The notes: generated by a model from the sequence alone, not told the origin. Numbered from the stretch's first letter, positions 17,619 to 25,907 are shown. The stretch: DNA of 32,000 nucleotides from Candidatus Kuenenia stuttgartensis (GCF_900232105.1 NZ_LT934425.1:3420001-3452000); one strand, 5' to 3'. A program made the numbers and translations.

Positions 17619-17648
17619 AATCAATCAATCAATCAATCAATCAATCAA
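17619..17648. repeat. Tetranucleotide microsatellite (AATC)7.5, i.e. (TTGA)n on the minus strand, covering the stop codon of the acyltransferase gene
   Basis: 17619-17648 is aatc x7 plus aa. It is preceded by tgattgat (17611-17618), which forms an inverted repeat with the tract. The last codons of ORF 17641..18588 (GTT GAT TGA) lie inside the tract. Confidence 0.9.
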
Positions 17649-18588
17649 CAATAATACTACCGATGTGGGGTGGCTCGGTTTTGTTTTTATATAAATACCA
17701 GAGGTAGTGACTGGGATGTTCTTTGACGAACTGTTCCATTAAACTGCCAAACTTTAAGACGACAAGTTTTTCCGGTGTACCTTTATCATTGCCATCGTCG
17801 GGGATGATTTCATTGCCTATAATAATGCGGTGTTTACCGTTTTTTCCCCTTACCGTAAAAACAGGCAATATTGGGGACTTTGTTCTTTCTGCTATTTTTA
17901 TAAGGGAGGGGGATAGACGTATCTTCCTTCCTAAAAAAGGTACTGAAATTCTATTAGGGTCCAAAATTCCATCAAGTGACATAACAAGTATTTCGTTATT
18001 TTGTAACACACGGTATATTTGCCTTGGAGTGCTTCCTATGTAAAAAAAATTGGCGGGCAGGCTTTTTTCACATTGATATTCAATTTGCATGGTTTTATTC
18101 TTTACCATCGACTTGTCTTTGCCGGTCAGATCGATAGGATTTGCGGCAACCTGCGTTATTTTATATCCTTTATACCCCAGGCAGGGGAGTATCATTTTAT
18201 ATGACCCAAAATGGCAAAGCGCAATTATCACGCCCTTACCTTTTTTCAAGGCGTTCTCTAAATGTTCCATACCGGTAATGGTGCAAAGTTCTTCGGCCTT
18301 CTTTTTATTTAATCTTGGGAATGACCATATTTCAAAGAGATCTTTTCTGAAATTACGAAGGGTTTCCAGGATGATTTCTTTCATTTCCGGGCTGGTAAAT
18401 GTTCCTTTGCCAAATAACAATTCCAGCTCACCCTTCATGACTACAGCTTTTTCTCCATGTGACGTCAGCGCTGCAAGGCAGTTGGCAAGGCTATGTTTTA
18501 ATTTTAAAGGCAAGTAAGGTATTGTGTATCGAAGGGTATATAAAAAAAACACCTTTGCCGCTTCAGAAAAATGAATAGTTCCTTTCAT
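17641..18588 (-). CDS. LpxL/HtrB-family (lipid A biosynthesis-type) acyltransferase-like protein
   Basis: 315 aa. Size and layout fit the family: an N-terminal hydrophobic segment, KGKGVIIALCHFGSYKM at the position of the HX4D/E motif, then MSLDGILDP...VPFLGR. Motif recognition only. Confidence 0.6.
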   Translation of the reverse strand: MKGTIHFSEAAKVFFLYTLRYTIPYLPLKLKHSLANCLAALTSHGEKAVVMKGELELLFGKGTFTSPEMKEIILETLRNFRKDLFEIWSFPRLNKKKAEELCTITGMEHLENALKKGKGVIIALCHFGSYKMILPCLGYKGYKITQVAANPIDLTGKDKSMVKNKTMQIEYQCEKSLPANFFYIGSTPRQIYRVLQNNEILVMSLDGILDPNRISVPFLGRKIRLSPSLIKIAERTKSPILPVFTVRGKNGKHRIIIGNEIIPDDGNDKGTPEKLVVLKFGSLMEQFVKEHPSHYLWYLYKNKTEPPHIGSIIVD

Positions 18589-18645
18589 AAATATTTTATG
18601 ATTAAAAGTTATTTTGAATAGGAGAGAATATATTTCTGTTAATAA

Positions 18646-20751
18646 CTAAATTTGGTTAATTATTATTACTGTTTTAGATGTTTTTAGATGTTTGAATCTG
18701 CCGAAAGCCTCCTCGATTGTTTCTTTAGAAGTTTTATGTAGTTTTGCTGTTAAAAGGACAACATTTGCCGTTGCAGAGAGAAACAGGGTGTCGTTACAGG
18801 CAATAACAGGGTCGGCATCAATAATAATATGTTCATAGTCAAGATTGTTTAACTGTTCTGGCAGTCCATCGATCATGGCAATAGCCGGGATATCGGTAAT
18901 TTCTTTCATAAGTAAAACATCAATGCCATAGATATCATTGCTTCTTATAAGGTCTTTAAGGGTTATTTTTTTATCCACCGGAAGAATATCTTTTCCCTGC
19001 AAATGCCAATCATCTGTTGAAGAAATATCAAGGAAGAGGGTTTTTTTGCCGGAAACGGCTAATTCTCTTGCCACCAGAAGAGCGAGTGTAGAGGTTCCTA
19101 CTTCCTCCTCCGCTCCGGTGAAAAGAATTGACCGTGCAATGGTATCGCCTGAAACGACCTTTATGCCGGAAATAATGTTCCAGACGGAACGTCTGATGGT
19201 GTTGTTTTTCAATACTTTTCTGACAAAATTTCGCTGTTTAAGCAATAACAGTTCATCTCTTAATGTAGGGAAATAACGAAGCAGTCTTTTCGGGATAATG
19301 TTGAAGCCAAATATCTTTTTATACCTTGGCAAACCATAGAGCAGATTTCCCTGAAAGGCCTTTTGTGCTTCTGCAAGCGTTTTTATAGATTTGTCGACAG
19401 ATTCTTCCAGAAGGATTATTGAAAATGCTATGATAGTACTAAGAAACATGGAGATAGCTAAAAATTTTACCCTGTTCGGAAAATAAGGAGAAGAAATTGT
19501 TGATGCATCTGCGTAATTAAGGACGGCCAAGTTTGAAGGGCTCATGTTTAGCAATATTTCGGCGTCTGAAATGCCCTTTGTCAAGTTTGTGTACTCGGTA
19601 TTTAAAGAAGATTGCTGACGTTCTATTTTATTAAACAATAGTTCTATTTTCTTTACATTGAGCATTTTTTTGTAAATGATATCGGTTATATTAAGCAGTA
19701 TCGCGTCAGTTATTTTATAAATTTCCAGGTTTATTTTTGTATCATAATAACGTTTTTCCAATTCAGCATAATACGAGTTTCTGGAAAAATTTTCGTCTCC
19801 CAAAATTCGTTCTATTTCTTTATGTATTGCCTTTTTATATTCTGCTATTTGCATTCTGGACGCAACAATATCGGGGTGTGCTTCGGTAAAGTCAACCTTC
19901 AGTTTAGCAATAGTCGTTTCAAGTGTTACGATTTCCTGTTTATATGTTTCTAATGTAGGATTTCTTTCGATAGCCTTGCTGGATAAATATAGTTCCGGAA
20001 TTAATGTAATAGTTTTGGTTACCTCTTCTAACACCTTTTTCTCTTCTTCCATTGTTTTAGTATTTTGATGAACCAGGTCAAGATAGCTGTAATATTGCTT
20101 GAGTCCCTCTTCTATTTCCATGGTGACATCAATAATTCCGTATTTTTTCCTGTATCTGTACAACCTTCTTTCCAGTTTTCTTAATTCTTTATTTACGTAC
20201 GCTAGCCGCACTTTCATTGCTTTTTGTGCCAATCTTGCCTCGTCTTTGAAAATATCCGCATAAAGTATCATAAACGCGTCAACCGCAGCATTCGCAACAT
20301 TCCCTGCCCGTTCAGGAGTGGAGGAGTATCCAGATACTTCTATAACGTCACCGCTTTCTACTACGTCAACACTAATCCCTTCCCTGCTGAAAAAAAGATT
20401 AAATTCACTTCCGATGATAAATTTATCAGGATCAACCAACCGTTCCTTTTCATCGGTAATATGCAAGGTTGAAATAATCCTTTTCATGGATTTAGGATTT
20501 TTTAGCATTGCAAAGAATGTGTTATCCAGTTTATTTTTGTCAGAATATTCGAACTTGCTAATGTTTGTTGGTAATGCAAGATATTGCGTTTGTGTTGCAT
20601 TTGTATGCATCCAGAGCTGCGAAGAGGCCTTGTATACCGATCGGAAAGAAAGGGATAACAATAGTGGCAGTAATGTGAAGGCGAGCACAATAACGATAAT
20701 AATTTTCTTTCTTCTGGAGATAACATCAAGAAATTGTTTTAAGAGCGACAT
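18646..20751 (-). CDS. Polysaccharide co-polymerase (Wzc/GumC/EpsG-like) with a degenerate C-terminal P-loop domain
   Basis: 701 aa. Has an N-terminal TM segment (IIIVIVLAFTLLPLLLSL), a long coiled-coil periplasmic region and a second TM (FLAISMFLSTIIAFSIILL). The CpsD/BY-kinase-like domain has Walker A GAEEEVGTST (no Lys), FLDISSTDD, and Walker B-like HIIIDADP. There is no Tyr-rich tail. Confidence 0.75.
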   Translation of the reverse strand: MSLLKQFLDVISRRKKIIIVIVLAFTLLPLLLSLSFRSVYKASSQLWMHTNATQTQYLALPTNISKFEYSDKNKLDNTFFAMLKNPKSMKRIISTLHITDEKERLVDPDKFIIGSEFNLFFSREGISVDVVESGDVIEVSGYSSTPERAGNVANAAVDAFMILYADIFKDEARLAQKAMKVRLAYVNKELRKLERRLYRYRKKYGIIDVTMEIEEGLKQYYSYLDLVHQNTKTMEEEKKVLEEVTKTITLIPELYLSSKAIERNPTLETYKQEIVTLETTIAKLKVDFTEAHPDIVASRMQIAEYKKAIHKEIERILGDENFSRNSYYAELEKRYYDTKINLEIYKITDAILLNITDIIYKKMLNVKKIELLFNKIERQQSSLNTEYTNLTKGISDAEILLNMSPSNLAVLNYADASTISSPYFPNRVKFLAISMFLSTIIAFSIILLEESVDKSIKTLAEAQKAFQGNLLYGLPRYKKIFGFNIIPKRLLRYFPTLRDELLLLKQRNFVRKVLKNNTIRRSVWNIISGIKVVSGDTIARSILFTGAEEEVGTSTLALLVARELAVSGKKTLFLDISSTDDWHLQGKDILPVDKKITLKDLIRSNDIYGIDVLLMKEITDIPAIAMIDGLPEQLNNLDYEHIIIDADPVIACNDTLFLSATANVVLLTAKLHKTSKETIEEAFGRFKHLKTSKTVIIINQI

Positions 20752-22181
20752 TTTAGGGTATCCAATCTTTCGTTTTCTAATCTTTTATTGTTTTCACGGT
20801 CAATTACAATTGCCATGGCATGTCCGATTCCTAAATAAAACCATAAGGGCAAAAAGGTATGGGAAAAAGAGGTGACTGCATTAAGCAGTAATGTTGCTAA
20901 GCCTGAAATGTAAATTTGCATCCATTTTTTGTATTCGGATGAAATACAGGCAAGGTATGCATGGATAAACCTCTTGCAAGAGAGTACCAAAAACCAAAGC
21001 CACAATAACACGCCAGGTAATCCATACTCTGCAAATATATGAACATAGAGATTGTCAAAGCTGATTTCCGGGTCGAGATACGAAAAAAATCCGCCAGCCC
21101 CATCACCTAAACCATAATGGTCCTTTATAGAAAGAATACCTTTCTTCCAGCGTTTTATCCTCGAACCGAGAGATGATGATTCATCGGTAGTTTCCGTCGA
21201 TGTTTTAGAGGTGTAATCCAATGCCTTCGCAAAATCATTGGTAGGGATTCTTGATAGAAAAAATCCAATTATGATAAGAGAAAAAATAAGCGTCCATACA
21301 ATGATAATACGCTTGTTGACCGAGGCATTTAAAAGGGAAAAGATATAAAGTCCGCATAGTAATGAAAGTAACGGCCCTTTGCTAAGTGTCGTTAATAGCG
21401 CTACAAACATAGAGAGTACTGCGATTGACAGGAATACCCTGGTGATTTTGTTTCCCGTGTAAATAAATCCGAGCAACAACATGAGCGATAATGAAAGGTA
21501 GTATGCGGTGGCAAGTGGATGCATGAATCCTTGTCCGCGTAACATTTGCTCAGGATTGAATACAAAACGAACCAGATGTTCATTATGATGATACAATATA
21601 TCTTCTATTGTTTTATTCGATAGGAGAGAATAGTAACAAACAATGCTGCTGACAAAACCCATACCAACAAAAAAGGCGATTGCTATTTTGATTTTTAGAA
21701 AACTGTTTAATGTTACTATGGTCAGGAAAAAGAAGCATATGGCGATAAAAAACATTGCCATATAGTATATTCCCATTGTTTTTTCAGTGCTCCAGAGAAT
21801 GGAAATTATTCCCCATAGATATAATAATATCAGCGGGAGATATCTTTTGATCTGAAAGTCTTCAGTTGAAATCCTTAAACCGCGCGATATAAACCAACAG
21901 AGTAAGCAATAAAGTATGAACGGTTCTGAAATAGTGAAAAATGTTCGATAATCGCCCCAGAGCCTGATTTCAATGCTGATATAAGAAGTAAGGAGTATCG
22001 CAAAAAGATACGGAATATGCGGCTTCAAAATAGAAATGGTTGCCACGGAAGTAATGCCGAGCAGGATGAGGGTTACCAGGGGGTTGATAAATGCTGTGGA
22101 AGATATTGCCATGCCAAAAGGGATAACAATAATCCATCGGTAGATGTTTAGTTTTTTATTGTGCGTAAGAGAATAGTTCAT
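20739..22181 (-). CDS. Wzy_C-domain polytopic membrane protein (O-antigen polymerase / ligase / O-oligosaccharyltransferase family)
   Basis: 480 aa with ~10-12 hydrophobic segments. A periplasmic loop is followed by DNLYVHIFAEYGLPGVLLWLWFL, the characteristic Wzy_C/O-antigen-ligase motif. Confidence 0.7.
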   Translation of the reverse strand: MNYSLTHNKKLNIYRWIIVIPFGMAISSTAFINPLVTLILLGITSVATISILKPHIPYLFAILLTSYISIEIRLWGDYRTFFTISEPFILYCLLCWFISRGLRISTEDFQIKRYLPLILLYLWGIISILWSTEKTMGIYYMAMFFIAICFFFLTIVTLNSFLKIKIAIAFFVGMGFVSSIVCYYSLLSNKTIEDILYHHNEHLVRFVFNPEQMLRGQGFMHPLATAYYLSLSLMLLLGFIYTGNKITRVFLSIAVLSMFVALLTTLSKGPLLSLLCGLYIFSLLNASVNKRIIIVWTLIFSLIIIGFFLSRIPTNDFAKALDYTSKTSTETTDESSSLGSRIKRWKKGILSIKDHYGLGDGAGGFFSYLDPEISFDNLYVHIFAEYGLPGVLLWLWFLVLSCKRFIHAYLACISSEYKKWMQIYISGLATLLLNAVTSFSHTFLPLWFYLGIGHAMAIVIDRENNKRLENERLDTLKCRS

Positions 22182-22209
22182 CTATGGTTTATGGTGCAGG
22201 ATACATCAT

Positions 22210-22237
22210 CCCGGCCGTTTTTTTGAAAACGGCCAGG
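22210..22237 (-). other. Strong intercistronic stem-loop between the GH-fusion gene and the Wzy_C gene
   Basis: GGCCGTTTT (22213-22221) pairs with AAAACGGCC (22226-22234): a 9-bp perfect stem with a 4-nt loop, extendable by 2 more pairs. On the minus strand the stem is not followed by a U-tract, so it is not a canonical intrinsic terminator. Confidence 0.5.
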
Positions 22238-22260
22238 ACTATTGTATTTCACAAAGTGGT

Positions 22261-24534
22261 TCAATGTTGTGTTTTATCTGCAAAAGGTTTTTGTAAACGA
22301 CTGATTGAGGCTGCAATTGTTTCAGCTTTTTGCTTAATCTGCTTTATACTGTCAGAATCGATATAATCCAGCCGTTCGGCAACTTGAAGATACGTTTCCA
22401 GTTCTGCAATGGAGCCGTTTGCAATGGAAAGATGATTGAAAAACTCTTTGGGATTTTGCATTGCCTGTCCCTTTGCAATAGTTGCCGGGATTGATGCAGC
22501 AGTGCGTTGTAACTGTCCAGCCAGCGCATCATTTTTCCCCTGCGGAATCTCTTTTGTAAGATTATAGCATTCTACTGCTAAGTCCATTGAGCTTTGCCAC
22601 ACTTCCAAATCGCGATAAGATTTACCGCTAATTGTCGTTGGAAGATTATCAGAGGATTGTCCGCGTTGCGGCGGCATTTGTCCTCCAGGTATAGGCTGTC
22701 CACGATGCGGGCCGTTTCCGGGTTGTCCTCCCATGGCAGGGCCTTTAGGCTGCATCGGACGTCCGCCCGTTGGCGACTGTCCATATCCACCTGGCATTTG
22801 TGGGGTTTTTCCTGTCGGTGGTTGTTCTTTGCTATCCACAATCTCAGAGACGGATGATTCATCGTCATCATCTATTTCATCTGATACATATTCCGTATCG
22901 CCACTCTTTTTGCCCTCGACGAACACGGGGGTGGAAGATATTTCCACCGGAAGGGTTTTTCCTGAAGATATCAGAGTCTTTGTGTTAAAAATATTTTTTG
23001 ATGCAGAGTGTAGCTGTTTTCCTTCAGAGACATTTGGTATCGCTTCCGTTACTGTATATTTGCTGTTTTCTGCGACTTTCAAGTCTATTGTCGTTTTCCC
23101 GTTTTCTTTTTCGTACCATAGCACATAAACGTCTTTCTCTGCCTGTGGGAATTTATATGCGTATATGCCGTTTTTGCCATTAGAGATTGCCGCTACATTG
23201 TTCCAATCTGAATTTTTAAGTTTTTCCGTCATTAGCCTGTAGGTATAGAATCCGAGTTTTTTCACTCCATATCCAGGATCGCCGGCGCAATTGCCGTCAT
23301 ATATCAAACCGGTGTATTCAAACATTGATTCACAATCAAATGGTGGCCAGCCTTCCACAAGCGCCCATGCCCAGAATACTTTTTTAATGCCATAACTGAG
23401 TGGATAGACATACCGTTTTATCACCTGAATTGCCTGACCCTTTTCTCCCTCTTTACTGCTGGCGCCCGTTTCGGTCATCCATACGTCAACATTAGTCAAG
23501 CCGCTTTCATCGAGGGCATTGCGTAATATTTTATAGGTGGTATAAGAATCTATAATGCTGTCGTCAAACCAGTGGAAATCAAATATATCGATAGAATCCT
23601 TGTCAAGCGCTCTAATTACCGGAAGCCAAAACTCATTTAATATTTCAGTCCTCATTTTTGGCGGTGGACTTACTATTCCACCACTAAGTACCTTTGCGTT
23701 TTTGTCTGCGCTTTTTATTGCGCTTGAAGTGATATTGATGAGTTCCACATATCCCTTCCATTCACTTCCTTTTTGGGTTTGACCGCCCATCCTGTCAGAG
23801 CCAGGTGGTTGCCCCCTTTGTCCGCCCATAAAGCCGGGTCCCTGTGGTCCGCCTCTTTGACCCATTCCAGGCGGTGGTCCACCTTGTCTTCCGGCGCCTG
23901 CCCCTTGTCCGCCAGCTCCAGGTCCACCACCTTGCTTCTTTTTAACCTGAATAACGGGTTCATTTTCAACCTGCCAGTATTTTACAGGATTTTTGAGCCC
24001 CGGCATATCGTCTTTGCCGTCTCCATCATATCGTTCTACAGCTTTTTTTACGAATTCTATGTAAGCCTCTTTTGCCTGTGGAACAATAAACTCCCATGTG
24101 CCAGGCCGTAACAGCTTTGTGTTAACATTAATGGTAACAACAATGTTCATTTCTTCAGGAATTCTCTTTAAAAAATTATCAGGGATCGTCCAGTTGTATT
24201 TTCCCTGTTGAATAGATTCTTTATCCCTCTGCACAAAAGACCAGTCTAAAACGGGGTTTGACTGACGTTCCCATTTAACACCAAGTTCTATTGCGGTTGA
24301 ATAAGGCGGATTATCTCCCGTGATGCCGTCAAATTCGAAATTCTTTCTTTTTGCCAGCATTTCCTCATTGCTTTTTCTTTTTGGTGGATAAAAGGAGGTG
24401 GTAAATCCAAAAGGAGAATCGAGAGCCGCCTCGTCCCATGCATGAACAATTGATCCCTCGAAAAAACCGAAAGAGAATATCAGCAGAAGTGTCGTTATAC
24501 TGCAAATAAATCGCTGTGTTTTTTGCAACATCAT
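22261..24534 (-). CDS. Secreted clan GH-A-like glycoside hydrolase with two G/P/Q/M-rich low-complexity inserts, fused to a C-terminal four-helix-bundle (23S rRNA IVS / Avd-like) domain
   Basis: 757 aa. Has a signal peptide (FICSITTLLLIFSFGFFEGSIVHA), the acid/base motif YWQVENEP (res 187-193) and the nucleophile motif VWMTETG (res 351-357). Low-complexity runs cover res ~198-256 and ~570-629, with an acidic run DEIDDDDE. Residues ~638-745 read SYRDLEVWQSSMDLAVECYNLTKEIP...QLQRTAASIPATIAKG...KEFFNHLSIANGSIAELETYLQVAERLDYI, matching the four-helix-bundle family pattern. Confidence 0.75.
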   Translation of the reverse strand: MMLQKTQRFICSITTLLLIFSFGFFEGSIVHAWDEAALDSPFGFTTSFYPPKRKSNEEMLAKRKNFEFDGITGDNPPYSTAIELGVKWERQSNPVLDWSFVQRDKESIQQGKYNWTIPDNFLKRIPEEMNIVVTINVNTKLLRPGTWEFIVPQAKEAYIEFVKKAVERYDGDGKDDMPGLKNPVKYWQVENEPVIQVKKKQGGGPGAGGQGAGAGRQGGPPPGMGQRGGPQGPGFMGGQRGQPPGSDRMGGQTQKGSEWKGYVELINITSSAIKSADKNAKVLSGGIVSPPPKMRTEILNEFWLPVIRALDKDSIDIFDFHWFDDSIIDSYTTYKILRNALDESGLTNVDVWMTETGASSKEGEKGQAIQVIKRYVYPLSYGIKKVFWAWALVEGWPPFDCESMFEYTGLIYDGNCAGDPGYGVKKLGFYTYRLMTEKLKNSDWNNVAAISNGKNGIYAYKFPQAEKDVYVLWYEKENGKTTIDLKVAENSKYTVTEAIPNVSEGKQLHSASKNIFNTKTLISSGKTLPVEISSTPVFVEGKKSGDTEYVSDEIDDDDESSVSEIVDSKEQPPTGKTPQMPGGYGQSPTGGRPMQPKGPAMGGQPGNGPHRGQPIPGGQMPPQRGQSSDNLPTTISGKSYRDLEVWQSSMDLAVECYNLTKEIPQGKNDALAGQLQRTAASIPATIAKGQAMQNPKEFFNHLSIANGSIAELETYLQVAERLDYIDSDSIKQIKQKAETIAASISRLQKPFADKTQH

Positions 24535-25907
24535 AATGCCCTCCTAATTAATGTATGTTTTATTTTACCTTTAATAGATTCAGTTACAGATGCCATAGCC
24601 AGTACAATCCTGTCTAAAAACTGTAAAGACGGATTTAAATAAAATAAAGTTTTGACGTCATTGGCATTTGCAGGAAGAAGTGACTTTCCAGGCGATATAA
24701 TGCCCTGTTTCATCGCAACACGGTATATTTCTGTGTCCGGTTCTAACCGTATCCATCCAATTTGGACGTTAACGTTTCTTTTTAAGATTTTCTTAGCCGC
24801 AAGAGAAAGGAATTTGTAAAAAAGCATTTTTATCATTCCAAAATAGGTTTCTCCGGGTGAGTTTATAAACATGGTGATAATAAATTTGGTATCCTTAATT
24901 ACGGGATCAGTGGTAATGATTTTCAATATGTTCCAAACATCTCTTTCCTTTATGCCTTTTCTCAGAGAAATTAATGAAGATGTCGATAATCCGTCAGGTG
25001 AAAAAGAAATTCCGCTGCAGCCGGCGTTTTTTAATAAGTGTAAAAAATCTTTCGTAACGCCCCTTACATCTAGCCAGCACATCCACTTGATTTCATCCTG
25101 AAGATTCCGTTTCATTATTTCTTTACATATGCCGATGGCATGTTCCAGCGGTTTGTTGAAAAGGGAGTCGGCAAACATAAACTGCTGTATTCCGTACGAA
25201 TGAAGTAGGTTTTCTATCTCGTCAACTACATTTGCAGGAGGTCGCGACCTCAAAAGGTTGCCGTTTAATGCCGGGTAGTTGCAATATGCGCATTTTAACG
25301 GACAACCCCTCTGGGTTTGAATTCCGATTGCAGCTTCTCCGTTTATATAGGGGATTGGATTAACAATATCTCTTCCCGGCGCCGGGAATTTTTCAAATTG
25401 GGGAAGTGTCCTTGTGCCTGTGTAATAAACAACCCCGTTTTTGCGGTAATATACGCCTTTCACTTTATCCGGATGGTCAAGATTGTCTGTAAGCTCAGAT
25501 AATGTTTCCTCTCCTTCCAGATATACGCCATAATCTATTTCTGGATTGGTATTCATTATTTCCTGTGCAAACATTGAAAATCCGGTACCGCCGGCAACAA
25601 TGTGGGTGGATGGGCATCTTTTTTTTATAGTGCGCAAAAGATGTTGAAAATCCCCGTAATAGTTTAGAGGGTTTTTCCTCGATTGATTGTCGATATTTCT
25701 TAGTGAAATACCAATTATCTGCGGACTAAACCCATTGATTTCTTTTATTAAATCATCGATTGGGTTCAAAGAAAGATTCGGGTCGTAAATCCGTACTTCA
25801 TGTTTGGTGAGAAAGCTTGCGATATATGAAATTCCCAATGGATATACCGGAGGGAAAACATCTCCTTTAAGATATGATTGTACTAATAAAATTTTCATAT
25901 TGAGCAA
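24531..25907 (-). CDS. B12-binding-domain radical SAM protein (third copy)
   Basis: 458 aa. Has an N-terminal B12-like domain (ILLVQSYL...YDPNL...IIGISLRN) and the cluster motif TQRGCPLKCAYCNYP. Its stop overlaps the start of the downstream GH gene (ATGA at 24531-24534). Confidence 0.8.
   Translation of the reverse strand: MLNMKILLVQSYLKGDVFPPVYPLGISYIASFLTKHEVRIYDPNLSLNPIDDLIKEINGFSPQIIGISLRNIDNQSRKNPLNYYGDFQHLLRTIKKRCPSTHIVAGGTGFSMFAQEIMNTNPEIDYGVYLEGEETLSELTDNLDHPDKVKGVYYRKNGVVYYTGTRTLPQFEKFPAPGRDIVNPIPYINGEAAIGIQTQRGCPLKCAYCNYPALNGNLLRSRPPANVVDEIENLLHSYGIQQFMFADSLFNKPLEHAIGICKEIMKRNLQDEIKWMCWLDVRGVTKDFLHLLKNAGCSGISFSPDGLSTSSLISLRKGIKERDVWNILKIITTDPVIKDTKFIITMFINSPGETYFGMIKMLFYKFLSLAAKKILKRNVNVQIGWIRLEPDTEIYRVAMKQGIISPGKSLLPANANDVKTLFYLNPSLQFLDRIVLAMASVTESIKGKIKHTLIRRAL

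Noticed and set aside
17619-17648. The tetranucleotide tract acting as a translational phase-variation switch of the acyltransferase
   Set aside because: The in-frame TGA is reached in the second repeat unit, so changing unit number leaves the protein unchanged. It is kept only as a possible spacing or structure polymorphism.
3044-24111. Long antisense or overlapping ORFs inside confident genes (e.g. 3044..3430-, 7120..7602-, 8010..8465-, 8647..9033+, 9075..9455-, 11594..12103-, 18089..18517+, 20318..20875+, 22733..23128+, 23773..24111+)
   Set aside because: These are shadow ORFs opposite or out of frame with genes that carry clear family motifs. Their composition is low-complexity or biased, and they have no RBS or motifs.
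1521-24534. A diversity-generating retroelement, suggested by an RT plus an Avd-like four-helix-bundle domain in the same window
   Set aside because: The RT has the group II maturase X motif (RGWINYF) and sits inside an intron RNA with a domain V. It is 20 kb from the four-helix-bundle sequence and on the opposite strand. I saw no template/variable repeat pair with adenine-specific differences.
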